Notes under the pieces: generated by a model | Databases searched by the model: none | The model's input: only the letters and a program-made list of their open reading frames with translations | Told to the model about the DNA's origin: nothing | Part shown: positions 24,894 to 36,290 of the stretch, piece by piece | How positions within the stretch are numbered: the stretch's first letter is position 1 | Layout of the letters: every line of letters starts with the position of its first letter | From: Oculina patagonica | Taxonomy: Eukaryota | Direction: 5' to 3' | NCBI RefSeq assembly: GCF_052425735.1 | Contig: NC_135765.1 | Location: 24,924,001-24,988,000, forward strand | Length of the DNA stretch: 64,000 nucleotides | Made by a program: the position numbers and the translations under genes

Positions 24894-26809
24894 ACTGTAT
24901 AACCTTGTGATAAATCATATCCTCTTTTGTGCCATGACAAAAGCAGATTTTGTGATATCAGGAAGTGCTAGTAGTTTTTGGCTTCTAAGAGAGTAAGAAT
25001 GCAAAAACTAGGCTTTGCAACGTCCAATCTTCTTTTTGAAGGGCAGTTTGAAATTCTGCGTCTGTCATGCACTTCCTAATGAAATTATTGAACTTGAAGC
25101 TGTTTTAGCATTCAAAAACGCCATGGCCGCCCATCTAATAACCCAAAGGCAATTTTATGTTCCTTTTATTTTTATTTCATCAGTTATCAGTAGGTAGTTT
25201 CACTAGCAACCTTTGTGGCTTTTTTGGTGTTGATATAAGGAATCCCATATAGATGGGTTCCCTCTCCACTGATAGAGACTAATGAGTAAAATGGGAATGT
25301 GGAGAGTGTCTGCAGAGATATGGATGTGTAGGTTTAGAAATAAGATGTTAATGTTAATGCTGAGGGACCAACAAACTGCAATGCAGCCACGTCAACCACA
25401 ATGTGTGCACAAAAAAACATAAACAGACAAATAAACATTCAAATAAATTAAAATAAATGAACAAGCAAAAAATAAAGAAAGAAAGAACTAAATAAAAATA
25501 GATACATTTGAGTCAACTATAAAATTTAACTCCCTTGGAAATCATTTTCACAAATTCAGTATATCCGCGACAACGTGGACCGACACAAAATTGAAGATTT
25601 TACCTCTTCCAAAGACTTTCCAAGTTTATAATGTTTACTACAACGTAAACTGTCAAATTTACTACGCTCTTTTGGCTCTAACCGTGGACGCGATAGATGT
25701 ATTTTCTGCAGTTTCAACATTGAGGGCTTAAAAACGTCACAGCAAACAGCAATCTATCAATAAAACGACAACCGCGTTATAATTCCATCATTCCCCAATA
25801 TCCCAGACGACATGCTTTAGAGAAATCAATGCACAAAATTCTGAGAATTAAAAGCTTTATAATATGGCAGCTACTCAAGAAATTTTGCTTATAAGCAAGA
25901 TTATTGCACGACGTCAAGGTCATGTGTCTCCAAACAGTTTTTATCCAGACCACACCTAGCATTTTACTTTAGCTTTTTACTCATCTTCCGTCGGTACCGT
26001 GAAATGCATTTTTAGTTACATGGACATTGCCATGGCAACGATACAAAGAAAACCTCAAAATCAGCCAGACTTGAAATTTGTACGATTCGAATTTCATACA
26101 AAAATCCGGATTATACCAATATCTTAAAATATAGAGTATTGCCAAAAAAGTATACAAGAATGAAAAAAAGAAATGTTTAATTTCGAGTAAATCACAAAAA
26201 ACACTTTCAACGGTGTCTTTTGATAATAATAGTAAATGGACCGACAGATAAACACCACTTTGATAAAATTACCTTAATATAACCTATAAGGCCAAAACAT
26301 GTTTTAAAGTTTATGTTTTGACGTTTGACTTCGTCAAAGTTTTGTTGATTTCCTTTCTTGCGATCCTGAAAACGGGATTTTTTTTCTCAACAATTACTCT
26401 GTCTTTGTAAAAATCTCAAACGGCCGGATTGATTTTCTTGAAACGTTCAAAAATTTACTAGAATTCTTTCAAGTTAACCTATTAAGAGGGGTCGTTTGAA
26501 CAGCAAAAACATTGTGTTATAATTTTTAATTTAAGATCGCAAAATTATGTAAAAATATTCAAATCACTGTTTACTTCACTTTCTTGCACGATGCAATAAT
26601 GTTAAAGTAAAAACGAAATGCAAAAAAAAATATATACAACTGAGTGTATTTATCGCGGATAAATATAGCAAATGCTGTTTCATTTGTAGATTATAACAAT
26701 AGCGAATTCTGTAGTTAGTATCTTTCTTCCGTGGCTATCTGAGGTGGACGATTCAGTCAAATAATCCATCACTTCATTGTACAGCACCTGGCCAGCGGTC
26801 CCTTGGAAA

Positions 26810-27453
26810 TAGGCCTTTCTCGATTATGCTAGTAAAACTGGCATTTAATGCTACTAGAAATTCTCGCATAAAGCCAAAAAAATGCTAAAATAATGCCCGA
26901 TTTCTTTAAAAAATGCCACTTGAATTCCAAATAATGCTTTGTTAAATTTCCGATAAAACGTACAAACTCTTACATTATATGCTCTTATTAACAACAGGTG
27001 ATACTTAATAATTGTTTGTTTATAAAACTTGGGTCAGAATTAAAACTTTTCCAGCCAACAGCAACTAAACAGTCATATTTGAAGCACTACCATGGTCTAT
27101 CTTGCAAGTTCGTGGCCGACGCTATCTTGGCTGAGCAAAAGAAAGAGTTACCTGCTGACCACCCATACCTTTTTTTCCGTTGGTGTACACACACAAGTAA
27201 CACAACACAAGTACACAAGTAACACAACGCACAAACAGTCGAAACAGACAGAAAACAATCAAATTAAGTAATTAAAATTGTGAAACTTTAGGATTATTTA
27301 TTTTCCGTCTGAGTTCTGAGTGCTGAAATCTGGATCACAGTCATGAAAAATGACAGAAATGCTAGCAATTCTTTTTCAAGAAAAAACGAAAAAAAAATGC
27401 TCGTTTTCCCAAAAAATGTCGAAAAAAATGCTAGCATAATCGAGAAAGGCCTA
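26810..27453. mobile_element. hAT-like non-autonomous element (8-bp TSD)
   Basis: Terminal inverted repeats TAGGCCTTTCTCGATTATGCTAG / CTAGCATAATCGAGAAAGGCCTA; TSD CTTGGAAA (26802-26809, 27454-27461). Confidence 0.9.
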
Positions 27454-27621
27454 CTTGGAAATCGATCTGGTGCGTCAAAAAATCAAGCAACAAGCTGCCA
27501 GTCTGCGAGGATTTGTCGAAGCAGCTGGTGATGTCCACCTCGTATTGTACCTTGTGTAATTCTTCATACTTTCAGTTGTTCTGTTCGGAAATAGCTGCAA
27601 CGTCTTTTCCTGTGTAAAAGT

Positions 27622-28033
27622 CCCGGGGGGCACTCCCTATAATGGCCTATACGGGGAGGCTCCGCCCGAAAGGGGTACCTTTTTCATGCTTCAGGTATAT
27701 AAAAGGGTAGGGATTTCACAAGTGTAGGTATATGAAAGGGTAGGGATATCGGTCATTTAGGTTTTTAAAAGGGCCTTCAATTAAATTATTTCGAACAGAC
27801 GCACCTTAACGCTGTATGATTTAAATTTATGAAACGCTGCATAAAAATGACATCCAGACTTCCTGTTTCAGGCCTATGCCATGTCTTTTAGGTATATTAA
27901 AAGGGTACCCTTTTTCAGTAAAAGGTATACGAAAGGGGTGTCTTTTCTGTCAAAATGGTATATAAAAGGGTAAGGGGTTGGACCTCGGGGCGGAGCCTCC
28001 CCGAACAAAACGTTTTTGAGTAGCCCCCCCGGG
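27622..28033. mobile_element. Non-autonomous DNA transposon with CCCGGGGG termini and 8-bp TSD
   Basis: CCCGGGGGG...CCCCCCGGG flanked by GTAAAAGT (27614-27621, 28034-28041); internal AAAGGGTA repeats. Confidence 0.85.
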
Positions 28034-29265
28034 GTAAAAGTTAGACATTGAAAGATGTTTCAACTTGTCTTGAAACTGGTGTGCTAGCTTGGTAAAATAA
28101 GAGTTTTCACCAGCGACCAGATAAAACATGGCACCACCATCAGCCAACTCCTTGAAGCAGTTCCTAAGGGATTCCTCTGCATCCATGCATATAATACAAG
28201 GAGCAAATAAAATGAGCCATGTGGTAATGCTCGCTTTCGCGTGGCACAGAATTACAGATGAAATCTTCGAAGCGTGTTTCTCGCCATTCGAACGAAACAT
28301 CGGCCAGACTTGCCAAGGACTCGGGTAATGGCGATACAGATCTCTGAAAATCTGCAATTAATTGTGTATCGAGGGTTTCTCCCCGAGTGACGAACGAAGA
28401 CTTGCAGCGACAACCTTCAGAATTTCAATGCCATCTCCGCTGCCTACACCAAGAACGCGATAGATTCGCGAATTTTTTACGCTGTCCGTCAAGTTCTGCA
28501 TGATATGGTTTACTGCTTCACAATAGTAACTTTTCTTTACTTCTCGCACATTAGAGTTTGATAGATTCACTTGAAAAGCTCTGTGACGAAGACAGTGGCC
28601 GCGGCTCCATTTTGAATAGGGAACTTACAAGGTCGCGCAAGACCCTTAATCTCATCGTGAGTGCGTACGACCTGCAACAACTGAAGCCGACAACAAACGA
28701 AATATACCAGTTCATGATAATATATATACTTATTGAAGTTATTTGCATTAGTAAAATTAACGCTTTTGTTTTTAGTGTGTGTCCAGTGCGCTGGAACGTA
28801 GCAATTAAATTATCATAATTAGATTCAAAGCCTTTAATAGCGCACGTTGAGGTGATTGAATCGTTATCGACTCGGATGGTTTTTCGGAAGAGGTATAGCC
28901 TGCAATTTTGTGATGTCCACGTTTTCAGCTTGGGTAAAGAATTTCAGGGAATGATTCACAATGGAGTTAAATTTAGTTGATTCAAATGTATCTATTTTAT
29001 TTATTTATTTATTTATTTATTTGTTTGTTTGCAAGGTTCCCATCGCGCATATATGTGTGGAATTTCAAAACAACCTTGCAAAATGAAGATGGAACGTTGC
29101 AAAGCCTAGTGCCATTCTTTTTAGTTTTTAGGGTTGCGCGTCGCATGGGTAACTATTTTCCCGTTCGCGCTATTCCTTTTTGGTCCTTTTCTTTACGTAA
29201 AATTTTGAGACCAATAAAGTTGATAGACGTTAAATTTTAATTACATTTTTACTATCTCATAACTA

Positions 29266-29408
29266 CAGTTGAATCTCGATAACTCGAACCTTTTTCGATT
29301 CACCTCCAGGTCTTTTTCTCACTAACTTGACCTTCGATAACACGAACTCCCGAAATCTCGAACCTCTTGTGATTTCCCCTGAAGGTTCCAGTTATCGGGA
29401 TTCAACTG
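29266..29408. mobile_element. Tc1/mariner/pogo-type MITE (TA TSD)
   Basis: TA|CAGTTGAATCTCGATAACT ... AGTTATCGGGATTCAACTG|TA. Confidence 0.85.
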
Positions 29409-29425
29409 TACCAGCATATCTTGAT

Positions 29426-31231
29426 GTTCGCCAGGGAGACCCACTTTCCCCATTTCTTTTTATTATCGCTCTTGAGACCTTGGCAGTCAACATCCGCAAT
29501 AATAAACAGATAAAGGGTATATCCGTCGATGGAAACGAATTAAAACTAACAATTTTTGCGGACGATATGACATCGTTTGTTCGTGACAGAGCCTCTTTCT
29601 TTGTTCTCATGAACACTGTCAAGCTTTTCGGCATATACGCTGGTTTAAAAATGAACCACGAAAAAACTGAAATCCTTCCACTAGGTAATATGGTGCTACA
29701 CCCCCAGGATTTCGGTGTGGAAGAGATTAAAGACGTTGTTAAGATTCTCGGTGTCTGTTTTACTAACGACCACCTATTGTTTGATAAAAGAAACTTCGAG
29801 TCAATTGAAAAAAGTGTCAAAGAATTTCTGCAAGGTTGGAGTTGGAGAGGCCTCACAATTATCGGCAGAATACAAGTAATCAAATCGTTCGTTATTCCAA
29901 AAATCCTATACCGCGCAGCTTTGGTTTCTTGTAAAAAAGATTTTATTAAAAAACTAAATTCGCTCATCTACTCGTTCGTATGGAAAGGTAAAGATAAAAT
30001 AAAACGAACGGTGCTTATTAATCCAGTTGAGAAAGGAGGTCTAAACATGCCTGATATCGGGTCAATGATCTCTGCACAGAGAATAATATGTATAAAAAGA
30101 TATTTAGATCCGTACACCGCAGGCTGGAAATTTTTTTTAGATACGTATCTTAAAAGGGTGGGAGGCAAATTCCTATTTCATTGCAATTTTGACTTTGAAA
30201 GGCTATCGGTAGTTACTCCGATCTTCTATAAGGAATGTCTAATCCTATGGTCCTCTATGAATAAAACAGATCCCTCTACACTGGAAGAAATTTCTAATGA
30301 AGTAATATGGAACAACAAGTACATCTGTATTGAAGGTAAATCTGTCTTCAGCGCCAAAATACGTGAACATGGTTTATATAAAGTTGGCGAGCTCTACGAC
30401 TGTGCGGGGGAGCTTGTGTTTAAAAAAGAACCTTTGCGATCGGCTCTTTCACCCATAGACACTTTCTTACTGTTCAGTATATACAAGGCTCTTCCATTAC
30501 ATTGGCGAAATACTTTATACGCAAACAGAGGTCTTATACCTTTTCACACACATCCACTAAATCTCTCCACTTTTCATATCAAAATTAACAACGAAGAAAA
30601 CGAAGTAGAAAAATTGCAATCAAAATCTTTGTATAGCAGCCTGATCTCTAAAATTGTACGTGCGCCCGCTGCCATAAAGAAATACGAAGATCTTTTTAAT
30701 ACCGAGTCTTTTCAATTAAACTGGAAAGACATATTCCTTTTACCATTCCAAGTAACCTTGAGTACAAAACTACGCGAATTTCAGTACAAAATATTAAATA
30801 GGATTCTCTACACAAACAAGTCGCTTCATAAATTCAAAATAGTCGACTCCCCATTATGTTACCTATGTAAAGTGGACATAGAAACTATAGAACACTTCTT
30901 TTTCTATTGTCCACGAGTTAGGATGTTCTGGAATGAAGTTGTGAACTTGTTTAGAGACCAATTAAAAGTCTCTAAGGACTTCGAGATCACAGATGTTTTA
31001 TTTGGAATAAGTAATAAAGAAACTCACAGTTCTTTGATGAACTATATCATTCTTGAAGGCAAATATCTCCTGTATCTTTTCAAATTAAATGACAAATTTT
31101 TATCACCAAGACTTTTATTAGAACGTATTAAGAATACTTACAAACTGGAACGTTTCATTGCGAGAGAGAACAATAATCTAAATTACCATTATACGAAGTG
31201 GGAGCCTCTTCTCCCTCTATTATCACCTTAG
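29426..31231 (+). CDS. LINE ORF2 C-terminal part (partial RT and zinc finger), open but 5'-truncated
   Basis: VRQGDPLSPFLF, FADD, ILGV, GGLNMPD, CYLC..ETIEHFFFYC. Confidence 0.85.
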   Translation, partial: VRQGDPLSPFLFIIALETLAVNIRNNKQIKGISVDGNELKLTIFADDMTSFVRDRASFFVLMNTVKLFGIYAGLKMNHEKTEILPLGNMVLHPQDFGVEEIKDVVKILGVCFTNDHLLFDKRNFESIEKSVKEFLQGWSWRGLTIIGRIQVIKSFVIPKILYRAALVSCKKDFIKKLNSLIYSFVWKGKDKIKRTVLINPVEKGGLNMPDIGSMISAQRIICIKRYLDPYTAGWKFFLDTYLKRVGGKFLFHCNFDFERLSVVTPIFYKECLILWSSMNKTDPSTLEEISNEVIWNNKYICIEGKSVFSAKIREHGLYKVGELYDCAGELVFKKEPLRSALSPIDTFLLFSIYKALPLHWRNTLYANRGLIPFHTHPLNLSTFHIKINNEENEVEKLQSKSLYSSLISKIVRAPAAIKKYEDLFNTESFQLNWKDIFLLPFQVTLSTKLREFQYKILNRILYTNKSLHKFKIVDSPLCYLCKVDIETIEHFFFYCPRVRMFWNEVVNLFRDQLKVSKDFEITDVLFGISNKETHSSLMNYIILEGKYLLYLFKLNDKFLSPRLLLERIKNTYKLERFIARENNNLNYHYTKWEPLLPLLSP

Positions 31232-31540
31232 GTTTAATGTCTAATTAAATCCTTTTTAATTGTCACCCTTTCTTTTTCTTTTTCTTATTCTTATTGTAGT
31301 AAATTAACCAAAAATTACCTGTATCTGTACCCGCTGTCGGAGGCAGTTTGTTTGTTTTTGTTTTTGTTTTTTTGTTTTTATTTGGTCCTTTCAATTTGTA
31401 CTAAGTTTAAGTCACGTTGTGCAAGGCTTGTTTAATATTGTAATTCGTTTGTGTCTGTAGCATTGTCATTAGGTTCTTGTATGTATTATTGTCATTGTAA
31501 TTTCTAAAAAAAAATAAAATACAAAAAAAAAAAAAAAAAA
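29426..31540 (+). mobile_element. 5'-truncated LINE (L1/Tx1-like)
   Basis: Begins inside the RT domain. T-rich 3' UTR, AATAAA, poly(A) ending at 31540, and TSD TATCTTGAT (29417-29425, 31541-31549). Confidence 0.92.
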
Positions 31541-32617
31541 TATCTTGATATCGCGAAATCTGATTTTGTCATGACACAAGAGGCTATGATTTATCACCAG
31601 AGTATACGGTCACTTAATTTGCAACGCTCCCTTGGCTTAAAACGTGGACACAATAGACGCATGCTCATTTTCTGCAGTTTCAACATTCAGAGCTTGAAAC
31701 AACACAGTAAACGGCGGATCTACCAGTAAAACGAGAACTATGTTAAAATTCCATAATTCCCCAATATCCCAGATATGCTTTAGAGATATCAATGAACCAA
31801 ATTTTGAGAATTAAAAGCTTTATAATATGACACCTCCTCAAAAAAGTTTGCTAATAAACAAGATTTTTCACGACCTCAAGATCATGTCTCAATACAGTTT
31901 TTATCTTGACCAAAGCTAGTATTTTACTTCAGCTTTTTATTTATCTTCCCGTACATAATTACATAAAAATTACAGCAGTTATTGCTCTTAGATTGAATTT
32001 TGGTGTAATGCACTTTGTGATATCAACATTGCCATGGCAACGATTTACAAAAAACCTCGAAATCAGTCAAAGCGGATCATACTAATACCATAAAATATAG
32101 AGTATTGCCAAACAGTATACAAGAATGAAACAAAAAATGTATGTCTTATTTCGAGTAAATCACAAAAACATTTTCAACGGTGTCTTTTGATAATGATAGT
32201 AAAAAGACCAACAGATGAATACCACATTTATCACCTTAAAAAAAAACTTTTAACGCATATGTTTTGACGTTTGACGTCGTCAAAGTTTTGTTGATTTTTC
32301 TCAACAATTACTCTGTTATCATTTTCTGGAAGGTAAAACGTTGAGCGCTTTTGTAAAAAACTTAAACGGCTCGAAAGATGTTCTTTAAACGTTCAACAAT
32401 TTACTAGAATCCTTTGAAGTTAACTGATGAAGAAGGGTCGTTTGAACGAACAAAAAGTTTGCGTTACAAGTTTTAAGATCTCGAAATTATGCTAAAATAT
32501 TCAAATTACTGTTTAGTACAATTTCTACCGTGATGCAATAATGAAAGAGGTAAAACAAATTACAGAAAATAATACAACGGAGTGTATTTATCACGGAGGA
32601 ATGTAGTAAATGCTGTT

Positions 32618-33520
32618 TCATTTGTAGATTATAACAATGGCAAATTCTGTAGTTAGTATCTTTCTTCCGTTGCTATCTGAGGTGCACGATTCAGTCAAAT
32701 AATCCATCACTTCATTGTACAGCATTTGGCCAGCGGTCCCTTGGAAATCGATCTGGTGCGTCAGAAAATCGAGCAACAAGCTGCCAGTCTGCGAGGATTT
32801 CTCGAAGCAGCTGGTGATGTCCACCTCGTATTGCACCTTGGGTAATTCTTCATACTTCCACTTGTTCCGTTCGGCTATAGCTGCAACGTCCTTTCCTGTG
32901 TAGAATTTAGACATTGAAAGGTGTTTCAGCTTGCCTACAAAATGGTGTGCTAGCTTGGTGAAATAAGAGTTTTCTCCAGCGATCAGATAAAACATGGCAC
33001 CACCATCCGCCAACTCCTTGAAGCAGTTCCTAAGTGATTCCTCTGCATCCATATAATATAAGGAGCAAATAAAATGAGCCAAGTGGTAATGCTCGCTTTC
33101 GCGTGACAGAGAACTACAGATGAAATCTTCGAAGCGTGTTTCTCGCCATTCGAACGAAACGTCGGCCAGACTTCCCAAGGACTCGGGTAATGGCGATACA
33201 GATCTCTGAAAATCTGCAATTAACGGTGAACTAGGCTCCACGATACATGTGTGTATCAAGGGTTTCTCCACGTGTGATGAGCGAAGACATCCAGCTACAA
33301 TTTTAAGAATTTCAATGTCGTGCTTGCCATCTCCGCTGCCGACACCAAGAACGCGAAAGATTGGAGAATTTTTGACGCTGTCCGTCAGGTTCTGCATGAT
33401 ATGGTCTGCTGCTTCGCAAGAGTAATTTTTCATCGTTTCTCGCACAGTAGAGTTTGCTATGTACGCTTGGAAAGCGTTTAAATAGGCATCGTGTGAGGAA
33501 GACAGTGGCCGCGACTCCAT
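32618..33520 (-). CDS. HNMT-like class I SAM methyltransferase copy F (300 aa from MESRPL, intact, intronless)
   Basis: Same motifs as copy B. The ATG at 33520 (AAAATGG) aligns with the starts of the other copies. Confidence 0.9.
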   Translation of the reverse strand: MESRPLSSSHDAYLNAFQAYIANSTVRETMKNYSCEAADHIMQNLTDSVKNSPIFRVLGVGSGDGKHDIEILKIVAGCLRSSHVEKPLIHTCIVEPSSPLIADFQRSVSPLPESLGSLADVSFEWRETRFEDFICSSLSRESEHYHLAHFICSLYYMDAEESLRNCFKELADGGAMFYLIAGENSYFTKLAHHFVGKLKHLSMSKFYTGKDVAAIAERNKWKYEELPKVQYEVDITSCFEKSSQTGSLLLDFLTHQIDFQGTAGQMLYNEVMDYLTESCTSDSNGRKILTTEFAIVIIYK

Positions 33521-34032
33521 TTTGTCGTGATTTTGAGTGATACGGGCTTCACTATCACGCACCAAGGGTTTAGATGATATTACGTCATGGTCACGCTTTG
33601 TGGCATTGTCACGCTTGTATGAAGTTGATCAAGAAAGTTTATAGCGTTTCCGCCGGAACCGTGCTACGGCTTAAGGAACAAAATATAAGCTTTGAGGTAA
33701 GAATTTTGCCTTATGACACAAACCAGGAAGGTGGCTTGCGAGAACTCGGTCGCCATCGAAAAAAGTTTAATATTTTAATTCTTCGCAAGTGTCTTCCATT
33801 ACGTGCAATGTAGCGAAAATTTTGACGTGCTAAAATTTTTGCTCCGTTTTCTTCAACTAACAACCCCTACGTTTAGCCCTCAGCTAGGATGGTTGTTCTA
33901 CGAGCGACAGTCAACTTATGAGGTATCGTTAATAAGTGTAGTTGGTGCTTTGATAGGTGAGTTACATTTAGCTTGCAAGAGCCCGGGGAGGGGACGAAGG
34001 TGCTCGTCGGAGTATTTGAATAAATCCAATCT

Positions 34033-34466
34033 TAGGGCCTGTTTACAAGCAGGTAGGGTAACCCTAGTGTTAGGGTTACCCTAGCAGGAGGGTTACCCTA
34101 GCGCTCCCACATTTATTCTTTTTTTCATCGACGTGTTTACAAGGCAGCTAGGGTTACCCTAGCGCCAGGGTAACCCTAGCGCCTTGTAAACGCTCTGCTA
34201 GGGATAACTCACCTACCCGAAACAACTTTATTTTGGCTCCAAGAAGCTAAATATGTTTTAAAATACCGACAAAAACAGCGAATTGTGACAAAGAAACATC
34301 GTGTTCATTCACAATTTGTCGTATTTTTGCACTGGAACGGAATTATTTTCGAATAACAGCTTCTTACGACAAAATTTTACAAGGTTAACTGAAGCGTAAC
34401 TGGTGTAAGTTGACCCGGGGTAGTAGGGTTACCCTACCTGCGAATTTTTGCTTGTAAACCCGGGCT
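34033..34466. mobile_element. MITE with internal AGGGTTACCCT palindromic repeats
   Basis: Ends AGGGCCTGTTTACAAGCA / TGCTTGTAAACCCGGGCT; several (T)AGGGTWACCCTA motifs. Confidence 0.55.
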
Positions 34467-36056
34467 ATCTTCTAACTCTCTTGCTTTTTTGCGTGGCTCA
34501 AAGCTTTCCTTGACGTTTTTTTTTTTTTTCATTTCTTCAAGTGCAACCTTAAACCATACCTCGAAGGCTAAAAACATGCGTTCTGTAGCAAGACGACAAG
34601 CATCCTCCTTTTTTTCCCAGGAAGTACGAAGCTCGATAGTAGTGAAAGGCAAAACAAACAAACGCAGCAACCAAAAACAAACAACTTAATGAAACCAAAT
34701 TGCAAGTTATCTTAATTCGTATTAAAACAAAACAGAAAAACCCGTGGTTTTTTTTTTCAAATGCAGAGTCAATTTTAGAATATGCAATGCCAGGGACCGT
34801 AATTATCACTTCACACCTGGAAAAAAAAAGAAAAAAAAAGTACATTAGCCGGTTTCAATTTTCCGAGGTAATTTAAGGCTGAAAGGGGATGCTTCCAAAT
34901 TACAGTATCGGCCGCCTTCTAGACTGATGGCGGCGTTGCAAAAAGGCACTTGGGAAAGGCATAATCTTCTTGATTTGTCGATAATTTTTCTGGGCTTTTC
35001 TTTTTTACCCGTCCGACCGACTTACTTTTACAAGAAAGGCGGCGATCGAAAACGAAAGATTTAATGGGGATGGGCTCAGCAGCAATACAAAGGACCCTAA
35101 ACTAACATTGCGGACTTCATTTGTCATTTATGGAAACTGGCTCTAAAACATGATTTGCTATTTACTCGAGAGTGAATAGAAATTCGCTGGAACACTCTTC
35201 TAAGCACTTTGATTTTATATTGAAATAGCTTAGTATCTTATACTTTAGGGGTTTTCCTTTAGTGCGATACAACAATGGAAAAAAAAAACCGAGAGCTCTC
35301 GGCTTTTGTATTGATATTATTTTTTCTTAAAAGCACTTATCAATGGACGTAACATAATTAAAAAAAGTTAGAGTAGATATTTACTTACCGCTGACATAGA
35401 CAACAATGAAAGTTCATTTTCTTCTTACTTGTGTCAACGAATCATTCGCTATAAAGCAAATGGTTGCGTAATTAAAGATAATTTTGTACAGTAAAAAAAT
35501 CAATTTTATTGATATGTTCGTACGTAAACGCGATCTTGGCAGTGAGCTGAGAAAAATGAGGAGTAAAGAAAGGTTAAACGGTAAGAATTCATCATAATTT
35601 ATCTTATTGTGAAATTCGAATGAGAAACTAAAACACTGAAATGCTGAAACCTAAAGCACTTTTTTTGGAGAAACGTAAATGCAACAAAGCGAGGCAGCTG
35701 AATGCGTCACCTCCATGGTTCTGCTTGCTTGCTCGTTATGTAGAGTTCTTTCATCCACACAGTCGCAAAGATATTTTTGTTCGTAGATTTTAAATTTTTT
35801 CCATCCCCATGCCTGTGGCCAAACAAAAAAGTTGAAGGAAAGAACCCTTTTACAAGCTTCCGCATAGATGCAAGGATGTAGTCGGTCTATTATATTGTGT
35901 TGTGCTTGTCGTTTAAGGACGGAAATTGAGAGTCGTTTCGTTGTAATATAGGTTATTTCTCGTTTCGGACTGTCACTGATGAAACTCAAAATAGCTGCAG
36001 ATTGTCAAACGATCATTTCCATCCAGGTTCACACTTGATCACTAGTTAGTCAAACC

Positions 36057-36290
36057 GCCACCTGGTTAGCTTAGTTGGTAGAGCGCCGGACTGCTGTGCG
36101 GGAGGTCGGGTCGAACCCCGACCGGACCAACACTCAGGGTTAAATAAGAGAAATGTGCTGCCTGTTACATCTGAAATGGAGACATTCAGTCTCCGGAAAG
36201 GACGACCGAGTCCGCCCTGTCTTCAGTACGGGGACGAGAACACACACTACGAAGAGTAGGGCGAGCTCCGTGTGTCTGGGAGACGTGAAA
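36057..36290 (+). mobile_element. tRNA-derived SINE
   Basis: A-box-like TAGCTTAGTTGG and degenerate B-box GGTCGAACCC, followed by a non-tRNA body (GACCAACACTCAGGG..ATGTGCTGCC). It does not fold as a complete tRNA. Confidence 0.65.

Larger units (their letters stand above)
26680..28610 (-). pseudogene. HNMT-like methyltransferase copy E, interrupted by two transposons and several indels
   Basis: Pieces at 28610-28034, 27621-27454 and 26809-26680 align to copies B and F. Deletions near 28580, 28430 and 28365; TGA in place of Trp near 27572. Confidence 0.9.

Noticed and set aside
29327-29425. N-terminus of the 634-aa ORF as a real protein start
   Set aside because: Starts at TTG inside a MITE, outside the LINE TSD; in frame by chance.
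34050-34200. Interstitial telomere (TTAGGG-like)
   Set aside because: The motifs are isolated AGGGTTACCCT palindromes inside a MITE, not tandem hexamers.
36057-36130. tRNA gene
   Set aside because: Degenerate B-box and acceptor stem, continuing into a SINE body.
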